Shown here one piece after another: positions 17,156 through 25,550 of a stretch of DNA of 64,000 bases. The stretch lies in NCBI GenBank assembly GCA_963845405.1, contig CAWJRY010000016.1:149112-213111 (forward strand). The letters are read 5' to 3'. The stretch comes from an uncultured Acidobacteriaceae bacterium (GTDB taxonomy: Bacteria; Acidobacteriota; Terriglobia; Terriglobales; Acidobacteriaceae). A model generated the notes under the pieces. It did not search any database. It was not told where the DNA came from and saw nothing but the letters and a program-made list of their open reading frames with translations. Position numbers and translations under genes: made by a program. The number at the start of each line of letters is the position of its first letter. Position 1 is the first letter of the stretch.

Positions 17156-17992
17156 TTATAGCGCGACTTCCTTAACAGCGTCCACAAATTGCAATTCCGG
17201 TGCGACAAGCAAAGCGCCGATCTCAGCCGCGTAACGGTAAAACAGCCGCATTCCTTCTAGACAATCGGCGCCGAGTTTGTAGTAAATGCTTTGAGTCAGA
17301 TAGGCAAGAACCTCTTTTTCGCCGAGGCCCAGCCGCGGCGCCCATTCGTGAGCGATTTGGTCCAGGTTTGCCGGTTCCAATCCGTGGTCGCGAGAATTTC
17401 GAAAAACCGCGGCCAAATCCAGCGCCGGATCCAGTTCGCGCAACGCTTCGCTTCGTACCGCCCAGAACGCAAAGACGAATGGCTTGCCGGTATGCCGAAT
17501 CCACTCCTCGGCGAGATCGAGCGTGCGATAGTGCGAACGATCAACCTTCAGCGCCGGATCTCCGATCAGCAAGCCCGCGTCATGGCTGGCCAGCATCTTT
17601 TCCAGATCCGGATCCATCGGCGTGAAAGTCCTTCCGCCGCCCAGCCATTTCTCGAACAGGACCTTCGTCAATGCAACCGAAGTCATCGAAGACGTATCCA
17701 GCGCAACGCTGCGAACCTTCTCGACCGGCTTCCGGCTCACCAGCAGAATCGACCGCACGGCTCGCCGCGAAGCGATCGCGACGTCGGGCAAAATCTGCAG
17801 CCCAGGGATCTCGACATAAGCCGCAGCGGGGATGATTCCTATATCGGCAGTGCCCTCTGCCAGCGACCGGGCGCAAGCCGACGGCAAAGTGTAGGAGATA
17901 TCGAACTGGCGGCCAAGTTCACTGTGTTCAAAATCCCACATCAGGGGAGCGGTGTTGAGGTAGGAAATGGCGGAAATGCGCAAACGTCGCAT
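17156..17992 (-). CDS. mqnA: Chorismate dehydratase (futalosine pathway)
   Basis: MRRLRISAISYLNTAPLMWDF... is a MqnA-type N-terminus with a periplasmic-binding-like fold. Confidence 0.8.
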   Translation of the reverse strand: MRRLRISAISYLNTAPLMWDFEHSELGRQFDISYTLPSACARSLAEGTADIGIIPAAAYVEIPGLQILPDVAIASRRAVRSILLVSRKPVEKVRSVALDTSSMTSVALTKVLFEKWLGGGRTFTPMDPDLEKMLASHDAGLLIGDPALKVDRSHYRTLDLAEEWIRHTGKPFVFAFWAVRSEALRELDPALDLAAVFRNSRDHGLEPANLDQIAHEWAPRLGLGEKEVLAYLTQSIYYKLGADCLEGMRLFYRYAAEIGALLVAPELQFVDAVKEVAL

Positions 17993-18099
17993 GTTTTCCT
18001 CAAGTTTAACAAATTCTGTGTGACGGATGACCTTGACTCCGCCTTTCCGGAGTGGTGCAGTTCTGATTTCGCAGGAATGCTGTCTAGATTGGAGTCCGA

Positions 18100-19260
18100 G
18101 TGCCTATTGCAGTCGCATCTCCCTCAACCACGCATCTGTTGGAGTGGCTGTCTCTTTCCCTGACTCCGGGGATGGGGCCAACAAAATCGCGAAAGCTGGT
18201 CGACCATTTTGGCAGCGCCGAAGCCGTTTTTCGCACCTCACTGACCGAGCTTGAGGGCGCGGGCCTTCAATCCATCTCCGCGCAATCACTGTCCACGGGA
18301 AAGTCTGCGGAGCTGGCGCGAGAAGAAATCGCGCGTGCCGCCGCAGCCGGAGTGAAGCTGGTCTCAAAGGACGATCCGTCGTACCCGCCGCGCCTACGGG
18401 AAATCTACGACCCCCCGCTCGTCCTCTATGTTCGTGGGGATCCAGAAATCCTGACCAAACCTGGCATCGCCATGGTGGGAACGCGACATCCGACGCCTTA
18501 TGGCCTGGGTATGGCCGAGCGCCTCGCCTGCGATCTGGCTGCGCAGGGACTGGTGATTATCAGCGGCATGGCCCGTGGCGTCGATACGGCCAGCCACCGC
18601 GGCGCGATTTCTGCCAAAGGCAAGACTCTCGCCGTATTTGGCACCGGCGTCGACGTCATTTATCCAAAAGAAAATTCGCGGCTCTCGGAACAGATACTGG
18701 CCCTTGGCGGTGCTCTGATCTCAGAATTTCCCCTCGGGACTTCTGCTTTTCCTCAGAACTTTCCTATCCGCAACCGAATTATCAGCGGAATGTCGGTCGG
18801 CGTGTTGGTCGTTGAGGCCGCCGAATATTCCGGTACGCGCATCACCTCCCGCTGCGCCCTCGAGCAGAATCGCGACGTTTTTGCCGTCCCCGGAAACGTT
18901 ACTAATAAGAATTCCTGGGGACCAAACACACTCATCAAACAGGGCGCAAAGCTGGTGGCAACCTGGGAAGATGTGTGGGAGGATCTTCCGGCAGAAGTAC
19001 GACTTACGCTGACTCCGCCTGCAGTGCCTGAATCCCCGGGAGCCTCTTCCGCATCTCTATTCCCAGACCAAAGGCTTCCTCCTCACGAAAAGCGAATCCT
19101 GGCCCTGCTGAAAGCCGACGAGACCACGCACATCGATGAACTGGTCGAGCGCCTGGAGACAGAAATGTCATCCTCGGAAATCTTTGCCGCCCTGTTCGAG
19201 CTGGAACTGACCGGCAAGGTAAAACAGATGCCAGGGAAGAATTTTGTAAAAAGCTTTTAG
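18100..19260 (+). CDS. dprA: DNA-processing protein DprA/Smf
   Basis: Rossmann-like core (GMARGVDTASHRGA...) plus a C-terminal winged helix. It is upstream of topA, which is the classical synteny. Confidence 0.9.
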   Translation: MPIAVASPSTTHLLEWLSLSLTPGMGPTKSRKLVDHFGSAEAVFRTSLTELEGAGLQSISAQSLSTGKSAELAREEIARAAAAGVKLVSKDDPSYPPRLREIYDPPLVLYVRGDPEILTKPGIAMVGTRHPTPYGLGMAERLACDLAAQGLVIISGMARGVDTASHRGAISAKGKTLAVFGTGVDVIYPKENSRLSEQILALGGALISEFPLGTSAFPQNFPIRNRIISGMSVGVLVVEAAEYSGTRITSRCALEQNRDVFAVPGNVTNKNSWGPNTLIKQGAKLVATWEDVWEDLPAEVRLTLTPPAVPESPGASSASLFPDQRLPPHEKRILALLKADETTHIDELVERLETEMSSSEIFAALFELELTGKVKQMPGKNFVKSF

Positions 19261-19293
19261 GACCGCTGTCAGCTATTAGCTATCAGCTTTCAG
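19261..19293. repeat. Heptamer array GACCGCT GTCAGCT ATTAGCT ATCAGCT TTCAG (left arm)
   Basis: It begins at the first base after the dprA stop. The units are the complement type (NNNNGCT) of the right arm at 19663-19697. Confidence 0.8.
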
Positions 19294-19317
19294 TCGGGCA
19301 GTGAATACGGAGACTTT

Positions 19318-19682
19318 ATGCAGGACTTCAGGAATCTTCGGGTCTGGGAGAAGGCGCATGGTCTGACTCTCGATGTACACAGGGCCAGCAAATCATTCCC
19401 TAGGGAGGAAATGTACGGCCTGACAAGCCAAATACGTAGAGCGTCGGTATCGATCGCCACTAACATCGCTGAGGGATCATGTCGGAACGGCGATGCCGAC
19501 TTCGCGCGGTTCCTGCAAATGGCCGCAGGATCGGCAAGCGAAGTGGAGTGGACTATCACCTGCTCCTGGCGAAAGATTTGGAGCTCCTAAAGGAAGCCGA
19601 TTGTCGCCGTCTTTCGGATGAAGTAGTAGAGGTGAAACGAATGCTGGCATCACCAATGCAAAAGCTGAGAGCTGACAGCTGA
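19318..19682 (+). pseudogene. Four-helix-bundle protein (23S rRNA IVS protein / Avd family), frameshifted
   Basis: Track ORF 19318..19590 gives MQDFRNLRVWEKAHGLTLDVH...EEMYGLTSQIRRASVSIATNIAEG...GSASEVE and then goes out of frame. The family-typical continuation YHLLLAKDLELL... lies in ORF 19479..19682. A tandem GTGGA GTGGA at 19543-19552 explains the shift. Confidence 0.8.
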
Positions 19683-19697
19683 GAGCCAAGAGCGGTC
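19663..19697. repeat. Heptamer array AGCTGAG AGCTGAC AGCTGAG AGCCAAG AGCGGTC (right arm)
   Basis: Five units with TGA in all three frames (19666, 19673, 19680). The last is the ORF stop. The outermost unit is a perfect complement of GACCGCT at 19261. Confidence 0.8.
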
Positions 19698-19767
19698 GTC
19701 CAGTAACTTGTTGCTTTCCGCCCATTCGTGCTAGCTTCAAAACGAATTCAACAAAATTGAGGATCCA

Positions 19768-22281
19768 TTGTCAAAGGGTTTAGTCATCGTCGAATCGCCT
19801 GCTAAGGCGAAGACCATCCAGAAATATCTGGGTAAGGGATTTACTGTCGAAGCGTCGCTGGGCCACGTGAAAGATCTTCCCAAGAGCACGCTGGGTGTCG
19901 ATACGTCGAACGATTTTGAGACGGATTACGTGGTCATCCCCGGCAAAGAAAAGGTTGTCGCCAAGCTGAAGAAGCTGGCCGCCTCTGCCGACTTCATTTT
20001 CCTGGCGCCTGACCCGGACCGCGAAGGCGAAGCCATCGCCGCTCATCTGGCGAGCGAACTCGAGGACAACGGCGGTAAGGGGAAGAAAGCTAAGAAAGCC
20101 AAATTGAAGAAGGGCGAGCAGGAGCCTCCTCCGCGCATTCAACGCGTCACCTTCAACGAAATCACAAAACGTGCCGTGCAGGCCGCGTTCGAGCATCCCC
20201 GGGCCATCGATCAGAATCTTGTCGACGCACAACAGGCCCGCCGCGTCCTCGACCGCCTCGTGGGCTATCAGGTCTCTCCGCTGCTCTGGGACAAAGTACG
20301 CCGCGGCTTGTCCGCCGGGCGCGTGCAAACCGTCGCGCTACGGCTGATTGTCGAGCGCGAACGCGAGATCAAGGCATTCCAGAAAGTTGAATACTGGACC
20401 ATTGATGCGAATCTTTCCGCCGACAAGCCGCCGGCATTCGACGCGCGTTTTCTCGGCAAGGGCGAAGAAAAGATTGAAGTCAACAACGGCGAAGACGCGG
20501 AAAAAATTCGCGCCGCTCTCGAAAAGGCTGTCTGGGTTGTCCGGTCTGTCGACAAGAAAGAGCGCCGCCGCAATGCCGCGCCTCCGTTTACGACCAGCAA
20601 GTTGCAACAGGATTCCTCCCGCAAGCTGCGCTTTAGCGTAAAGCGCACTATGATGATCGCGCAGCGCTTGTACGAAGGCGTCGAACTGGGCGAAGAAGGA
20701 TCGGTCGGCCTCATTACCTACATGCGTACCGATTCAACCCGCGTCGCGCCTGAGGCGATCCAGGAAGTCCGCGAATACGTGGGCAGGGAATATGGTCCGC
20801 AATATCTTCCTGAGCAGCCCAACACATATAAAGAGAAGAAGGAAGCACAGGGGGCGCACGAAGCGATTCGTCCCAGTTCGGCGGCGCGCCATCCCGACCT
20901 GATCAAACAATATTTAAAGGAAGACGAGTTCAAGGTTTACAAGCTGATTTGGCAGCGCTTCGTGGCTTCACAGATTACACCCGCTGTGTTCGATCAGACG
21001 ACGGTCGATATCGATGCGAAGAGTGGAAGCGATGTGTACTGGTTCCGAGTGACCGGATCGGTGCTCAAGTTCGACGGCTTCCTCAAAGTGTACGAAGAGT
21101 CGAAAGAAGGCAGGGACGAAGAAGACGAAGAACTCAAGCACAAGTTACCGGCTCTCGATGCTGGCCAAAAGCTTACGCTTAAGGAACTGAAGCCAGAACA
21201 GCACTTCACCGAGCCTCCGCCGCGCTTCAACGAAGCGTCGCTGGTGAAAGAGCTGGAAGAACGTGGCATCGGCCGCCCGTCAACCTACGCTGCGATTCTG
21301 ACCACGATTCAGGAGCGCCAGTACGTGCAGAAGCTCGGCGGGAAATTTACTCCGACGGAGATCGGTTTGGTCGTCACCGATCTGCTGGTGGAAAACTTTC
21401 GCGACATATTCGATTTGCAATACACCGCGCGCCTGGAAGAAGAACTCGACGAGATCGAAGAAGGCAAAGAGAAGTGGACCGACGCCCTCGCCGACTTCTA
21501 CAAGAAGTTCCAGAAAGATCTCAAATATGCCGAAAAGCATATGGAGAACATTAAGCGGATGGAAAAGCCCACGGACGAGAAGTGCGAAGTCTGCGGCTCT
21601 CCGCTAGTGATCAAATGGGGTAAGCACGGTTCTTTCTATGCTTGCAGCACCTACGATAAAGACGATCCCAACACCTGCAAGTTCACCAAAGAAAATCCCA
21701 TCAACCTACCGGATCTCGACTCGGCCGATGTGCAGGAAACCACGCAGGAGGAGTACTGCGAAAATTGCGGCCGCGTGATGGTTCTCAAGCGCGGACGTTT
21801 CGGCCAGTTCATGGCGTGTACGGGTTATCCGGACTGTAAGACGACGCGGCGCCTCGATCAGGGCAAGCGAGTTCCCGACATCCCGCTCGACGAGCTGTGC
21901 CCCAAATGCGGGCGCACCATGATGATCCGCCACGGACGCTTCGGTGAGTTTACGGCGTGCAGCGGATATCCGGAGTGCAAATACGTCAAGCAGAACTTCA
22001 TTGGCGTGAAGTGCCCCGACTGCAAGGAAGGCGATCTTGTCGAGAAGCGCGCGCGTAAAGGCAACACGTTCTATGGATGCGGGACGTATCCGGCGTGCAA
22101 GTTCACCGCGGCGCACAAGCCGATCGCGGAAAAATGCCCGAGTTGCGGCAGCGAATATTTGCTCGAAAAGAATCTGAAATCGGGCCCAGTCATTGCCTGC
22201 CCGAACAAGGAATGTGATTACGAGCGCGCAGCGCCGCCGCCACCGGAAGCCGCGGCTACCACCGCATCGACGACCGCTTAG
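19768..22281 (+). CDS. topA: DNA topoisomerase I
   Basis: TOPRIM N-terminus (LVIVESPAKAKTIQKYLG), a Topo IA core and C-terminal CxxC zinc-ribbon repeats. The start codon is TTG. Confidence 0.95.
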   Translation: MSKGLVIVESPAKAKTIQKYLGKGFTVEASLGHVKDLPKSTLGVDTSNDFETDYVVIPGKEKVVAKLKKLAASADFIFLAPDPDREGEAIAAHLASELEDNGGKGKKAKKAKLKKGEQEPPPRIQRVTFNEITKRAVQAAFEHPRAIDQNLVDAQQARRVLDRLVGYQVSPLLWDKVRRGLSAGRVQTVALRLIVEREREIKAFQKVEYWTIDANLSADKPPAFDARFLGKGEEKIEVNNGEDAEKIRAALEKAVWVVRSVDKKERRRNAAPPFTTSKLQQDSSRKLRFSVKRTMMIAQRLYEGVELGEEGSVGLITYMRTDSTRVAPEAIQEVREYVGREYGPQYLPEQPNTYKEKKEAQGAHEAIRPSSAARHPDLIKQYLKEDEFKVYKLIWQRFVASQITPAVFDQTTVDIDAKSGSDVYWFRVTGSVLKFDGFLKVYEESKEGRDEEDEELKHKLPALDAGQKLTLKELKPEQHFTEPPPRFNEASLVKELEERGIGRPSTYAAILTTIQERQYVQKLGGKFTPTEIGLVVTDLLVENFRDIFDLQYTARLEEELDEIEEGKEKWTDALADFYKKFQKDLKYAEKHMENIKRMEKPTDEKCEVCGSPLVIKWGKHGSFYACSTYDKDDPNTCKFTKENPINLPDLDSADVQETTQEEYCENCGRVMVLKRGRFGQFMACTGYPDCKTTRRLDQGKRVPDIPLDELCPKCGRTMMIRHGRFGEFTACSGYPECKYVKQNFIGVKCPDCKEGDLVEKRARKGNTFYGCGTYPACKFTAAHKPIAEKCPSCGSEYLLEKNLKSGPVIACPNKECDYERAAPPPPEAAATTASTTA

Positions 22282-22284
22282 GAG

Positions 22285-22372
22285 TTGAGTAATTGTGTAA
22301 TCTGGCAATTGGGAAATTTGAAACCCATACTGGATTTGCAAGACTCAATTACTAAATTTCCCAATTACTCAA
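22285..22372. repeat. AT-rich compound inverted repeat after topA
   Basis: TTGAGTAATTG (22285-22295) and CAATTGGGAAATTT (22306-22319) both pair with the contiguous AAATTTCCCAATTACTCAA (22354-22372). Confidence 0.55.
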
Positions 22373-22390
22373 TTCCGCAGAGGAGTTCTC

Positions 22391-22858
22391 ATGTCCAAAA
22401 AACCGACTGCTGCCGATGCCCAACTGCTCCTTCAGCTTTACGATCTCCGCCGTGAGCCTGAGATGCGCAAGGCGCGCAACTGGTGGGGAGGAGAATTCTT
22501 CCCACAGAGCGCGGACGATTATCTAAAGATTCTCTGGGCGATGGACTCCCCGCAGAATGCCTGGTTGAGGCAAGTGCCGAGCTATTGGGGCATGGCCGCG
22601 GCCTTCGTCCTGCAGGGCGTGTTGAACGAGAATTTATTTTTGCAGCCGGCTTTCAGTGGCGAGATGTTTCTCATCTTCGCCAAAATCTACCCTTTCCTTA
22701 ACGAACTCCGCAAGAAGTTGAACGACCCGAACGTTTTCCTCGGTATCGAAAAGGTCGCCACGCGCACAAAAGTCGGGCGCGACCGCCTGCAACTCATGCT
22801 CAAACGTGTGGAAACAATGCGCCAAAAGCGCGCCGAGCTCAGGGCAGAGCTTGAATAG
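22391..22858 (+). CDS. Hypothetical protein
   Basis: 155-aa ORF with good coding character and no domain I recognise. Confidence 0.6.
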   Translation: MSKKPTAADAQLLLQLYDLRREPEMRKARNWWGGEFFPQSADDYLKILWAMDSPQNAWLRQVPSYWGMAAAFVLQGVLNENLFLQPAFSGEMFLIFAKIYPFLNELRKKLNDPNVFLGIEKVATRTKVGRDRLQLMLKRVETMRQKRAELRAELE

Positions 22859-22907
22859 TTCGCGGACCTCGCTCCGGCGTCATCTGTTATCCTAAACGGC
22901 TGTGCGG

Positions 22908-23066
22908 ATGATCTGGTGGTTTCTGATCCTGGGTGTCAGTACGCTGGTGGTAGTGTGCGTCGCGATTGTGTTGTATATCCATCTGCGGCAAAGTCTGCAA
23001 AAATCGCAGGCATCGCACGACGAACCCTCGCGCCAGCCAGATGGACGGCCCAGGGATCGCGGATGA
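22908..23066 (+). CDS. Possible 52-aa single-TM peptide
   Basis: My own translation gives MIWWFLILGVSTLVVVCVAIVLYIHLRQSLQKSQASHDEPSRQPDGRPRDRG*. It is below the ORF-track cutoff and has only weak support. Confidence 0.25.
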   Translation: MIWWFLILGVSTLVVVCVAIVLYIHLRQSLQKSQASHDEPSRQPDGRPRDRG

Positions 23067-23112
23067 AGATTGGTCGCACAAGAATTCGGAAATAATGTTC
23101 GGAGATCGAGCT

Positions 23113-23694
23113 ATGACAAAGCCGGCACTTCAAGTTCTGAGCACCCCGCAAGACCGCGTGTTTGAAGCCGCGCGTCAAGTGGCGCTCATAGTAGGGGCAA
23201 GCTTGTTCGTGGCGTTGTGCGCGCACATCACGATCCCACTGATGCCGCTCACGCCGGTTCCTCTGACGGTGCAGAATCTCGGCGTGCTTCTGGTTGGCCT
23301 GCTGCTCGGCTCCCGGCGCGGCTTCGCAGCCCTTGCTCTTTATTTGATCGAAGGTGCATTAGGGATGCCGGTGTTCAGTCCAATCGGGCATGGCGGGATC
23401 GGACAGCTATTCGGAATCACGGGTGGGTTCCTGATCGCGTATCCGTTCGTCGCGTTTGTTGCCGGATATGTCTTTGAGCGCGGAGGCAAAACGTTCCTGC
23501 GTGCCCTGACAGCTGGATTGCTGGCTGAGATTCTGCTTTTCGCCGGCGGCTTGGCCTGGCTTTACGTTTTCACGCACTCGCTGGCCAAAGCCGCCTATCT
23601 CGGCCTGTACTGGTTCCTCGCCGCCGAAGTCATAAAAGTAATGTTCGCCGCAGCGATTGCCAGCCGCTGGCGCCGCGGTGCTGAAAAACACTAG
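23113..23694 (+). CDS. bioY: Biotin transporter BioY
   Basis: ...LFVALCAHITIPLMPLTPVPLTVQNLGVLLVGLLLG...LIEGALGMPVF is BioY family. I prefer the ATG at 23113 with GGAG upstream over the track start at 22966. Confidence 0.85.
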   Translation: MTKPALQVLSTPQDRVFEAARQVALIVGASLFVALCAHITIPLMPLTPVPLTVQNLGVLLVGLLLGSRRGFAALALYLIEGALGMPVFSPIGHGGIGQLFGITGGFLIAYPFVAFVAGYVFERGGKTFLRALTAGLLAEILLFAGGLAWLYVFTHSLAKAAYLGLYWFLAAEVIKVMFAAAIASRWRRGAEKH

Positions 23695-23702
23695 GAGTTC
23701 TG

Positions 23703-24590
23703 ATGACAGCAGTGTCCGAACAGGAAACAAGATCGTCCGGTGGTAGTTCTGTCGGCCATGTACGGGAAATCACCGTCGCCCACAGCCCGGACTCCGACGA
23801 CGCCTTTATGTTTTACGGACTTGCCACGCATAAAGTACGGGCCGCCGGTCTGCGCTTCACGCACACCCTGTGCGACATCGAGACGCTGAATCAGAAGGCG
23901 CGCGAAGGCGTCTACGATGTCAGCGCGATTTCGTTTCACGCCTACCCGTACCTGCAGGACCAATATGCACTGATGGCCTGCGGCGGCAGTGTGGGCGAGG
24001 GCTACGGCCCCATGATCGTTTCGCCGCGCCCGTTCTCGCAGAGTGAAGTGAAAACTAAACGCATAGCAGTCCCGGGAACGTTGACCACAGCGTATCTCGC
24101 ACTGCAGCTTTTCGCTCCGGGAGTGGAAACCGAAGTCGTGCCCTTCGACAAAATTATTCCGCAAGTGCTCGAAGGCAAATACGAAGCTGGACTCATCATT
24201 CACGAAGGCCAGTTGACCTACGACAAATCTGGCCTGCACCGTGTAGTCGATCTCGGCCGCTGGTGGCAAAAGGTGACCGGTTTGCCTCTGCCGCTTGGAG
24301 GCAACGCCATTCGCCGCGAACTCGGCCCCGATCTTATGGCGGCGGTAACAGCCGCCCTGCGTGAAAGCATCCAGTACGCACTCGACCACCGAGAAGAAGC
24401 GTTGTCGTACGCCATGCAGTTCGCTCGCGATCTTGACGCGCAATCCGCCGACAAGTTCGTCGGCATGTACGTGAACGAGCGCACGCTGGACTACGGCCCC
24501 GACGGCCGCGAAGCGGTCCGCAGACTGCTCGACATGGGCCACAAAGCGGGAATCATCGGTCCAGAAGCGCGCGTGGACTGGGTGGGGTAG
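23703..24590 (+). CDS. MqnA/MqnD/SBP-family menaquinone biosynthesis protein (possible 1,4-dihydroxy-6-naphthoate synthase)
   Basis: The motif VAHSPDSDDAFMFYGL and the periplasmic-binding-like fold mark the VitK2 biosynthesis family. The exact step cannot be assigned from the sequence. Confidence 0.7.
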   Translation: MTAVSEQETRSSGGSSVGHVREITVAHSPDSDDAFMFYGLATHKVRAAGLRFTHTLCDIETLNQKAREGVYDVSAISFHAYPYLQDQYALMACGGSVGEGYGPMIVSPRPFSQSEVKTKRIAVPGTLTTAYLALQLFAPGVETEVVPFDKIIPQVLEGKYEAGLIIHEGQLTYDKSGLHRVVDLGRWWQKVTGLPLPLGGNAIRRELGPDLMAAVTAALRESIQYALDHREEALSYAMQFARDLDAQSADKFVGMYVNERTLDYGPDGREAVRRLLDMGHKAGIIGPEARVDWVG

Positions 24591-24596
24591 AAACGC

Positions 24597-24706
24597 TCTT
24601 GGCCGTTGGCTCTTGGCCAATACCTAGCGGACGCGCGGCTTCAGCCAAAAGCCAAAAGCCAAAAGCCAAAAGCCAAAAGCCAAAAGCCAAAAGCCAAAAG
24701 CCAAAA
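24597..24706. repeat. Inverted heptamer element: (TCTTGGC CGTTGGC TCTTGGC), 26-nt spacer, (GCCAAAA)x9
   Basis: The left arm is 24597-24617. The spacer caatacctagCGGACGCGCggcttca is 24618-24643. Nine perfect GCCAAAA units span 24644-24706, and the count is confirmed by the KSQKPKA x3 translation of ORF 24599..24805. Confidence 0.9.
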
Positions 24707-24708
24707 GC

Positions 24709-25401
24709 TTGCTCTCTCAAACCCTCCTCATCGACGCCGACGACACGCTCTGGGAAAACAACATCTACTTTGAGCGCGCCATCGCGCGCTTCATCCCGTT
24801 TCTGAATCATCACGAATTTTCTCCCGAACAGGTGCGGGCGGTTCTCAACGAAGTCGAACGCGAGTGCATCGTGGAGCATGGATACGGCCTCCACAGCTTC
24901 GCCCATGCGCTCGGCAACACTTTTGAGAAGCTAAGCGTGAATCCTGTCACTCCTGAATCGCACGCCCAGATACAGAGCTTCGCCGATACAATCGCGGACC
25001 ATCCCATCGAGATCCTTCCCGAAGTGCCCGAAACGCTGGAATATCTATCCACAAAACACCGCCTGATCCTGATGACCAAGGGAGCGCTCACCGAGCAGAC
25101 CGGAAAAGTCGAGCGCTCCGGACTGAAGAAATATTTCACCGCCACGGAAGTTGTCGCCGAGAAAGATGCCGCTACCTACGCGACCGTCGTCGAGAAACAC
25201 AATCTCACACGTGCTTCCACGTGGATGGTCGGCAACAGCCCAAAGTCCGACATCAACCCAGCGCTGGCCGCGGGCCTGCACGCCGTCTTCGTCCCTCACG
25301 GCGACACGTGGATCCTGGAACACGAAGAGATCAAGCCATCTCCTCCAAAACAGAAGCTGATGATCGTCGGCCGCTTCGCCGAACTGCGCGAACATTTCTA
25401 G
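24709..25401 (+). CDS. HAD-superfamily hydrolase
   Basis: Motif I LIDADDTLW at residues 6-14, with later HAD motifs (MTKG..., GNSPKSD). The TTG start lies 2 nt after the repeat. No other in-frame start exists after the stop at 24625-24627. Confidence 0.85.
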   Translation: MLSQTLLIDADDTLWENNIYFERAIARFIPFLNHHEFSPEQVRAVLNEVERECIVEHGYGLHSFAHALGNTFEKLSVNPVTPESHAQIQSFADTIADHPIEILPEVPETLEYLSTKHRLILMTKGALTEQTGKVERSGLKKYFTATEVVAEKDAATYATVVEKHNLTRASTWMVGNSPKSDINPALAAGLHAVFVPHGDTWILEHEEIKPSPPKQKLMIVGRFAELREHF

Positions 25402-25550
25402 CGGCGGATGGCTTGAAACGGTGCTGGAAAAACGGGCCGGTCGGCAAGCCGTGAAGCGACAGAATTCATTAGCTCAGCGAGTCAAGTGCTGGGTAGGCTG
25501 AGTGGAAAGGTACCAAGTCGCGCCAGGGAAGGCATAGCTTCTCGCCGAGT

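Noticed and set aside
19318-19682. Diversity-generating retroelement, because the gene is Avd-family
   Set aside because: No reverse transcriptase ORF and no template/variable repeat pair could be found in the window. I treat it as a stand-alone IVS-type gene.
21706-22341. 211-aa minus ORF starting MQIQYGFQISQLPDYTITQLL
   Set aside because: Its N-terminus is the translation of the post-topA hairpin. The remainder is antisense to the topA zinc-ribbon region.
23691-24620. 309-aa ORF antisense to the MqnD-like gene
   Set aside because: It is a shadow ORF with Arg/Gly/Val-rich composition and no motifs.
24644-24706. Possible CRISPR array
   Set aside because: The units are 7 bp and contiguous, with no spacers. 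No cas genes or leader are in the window. It is a simple tandem repeat.
24599-24805. ORF encoding a KSQKPKA-repeat protein
   Set aside because: It is simply the translation of the (GCCAAAA)x9 DNA repeat. All three frames give the same heptapeptide repeat. It overlaps the well-supported HAD hydrolase gene and has no other coding signal.
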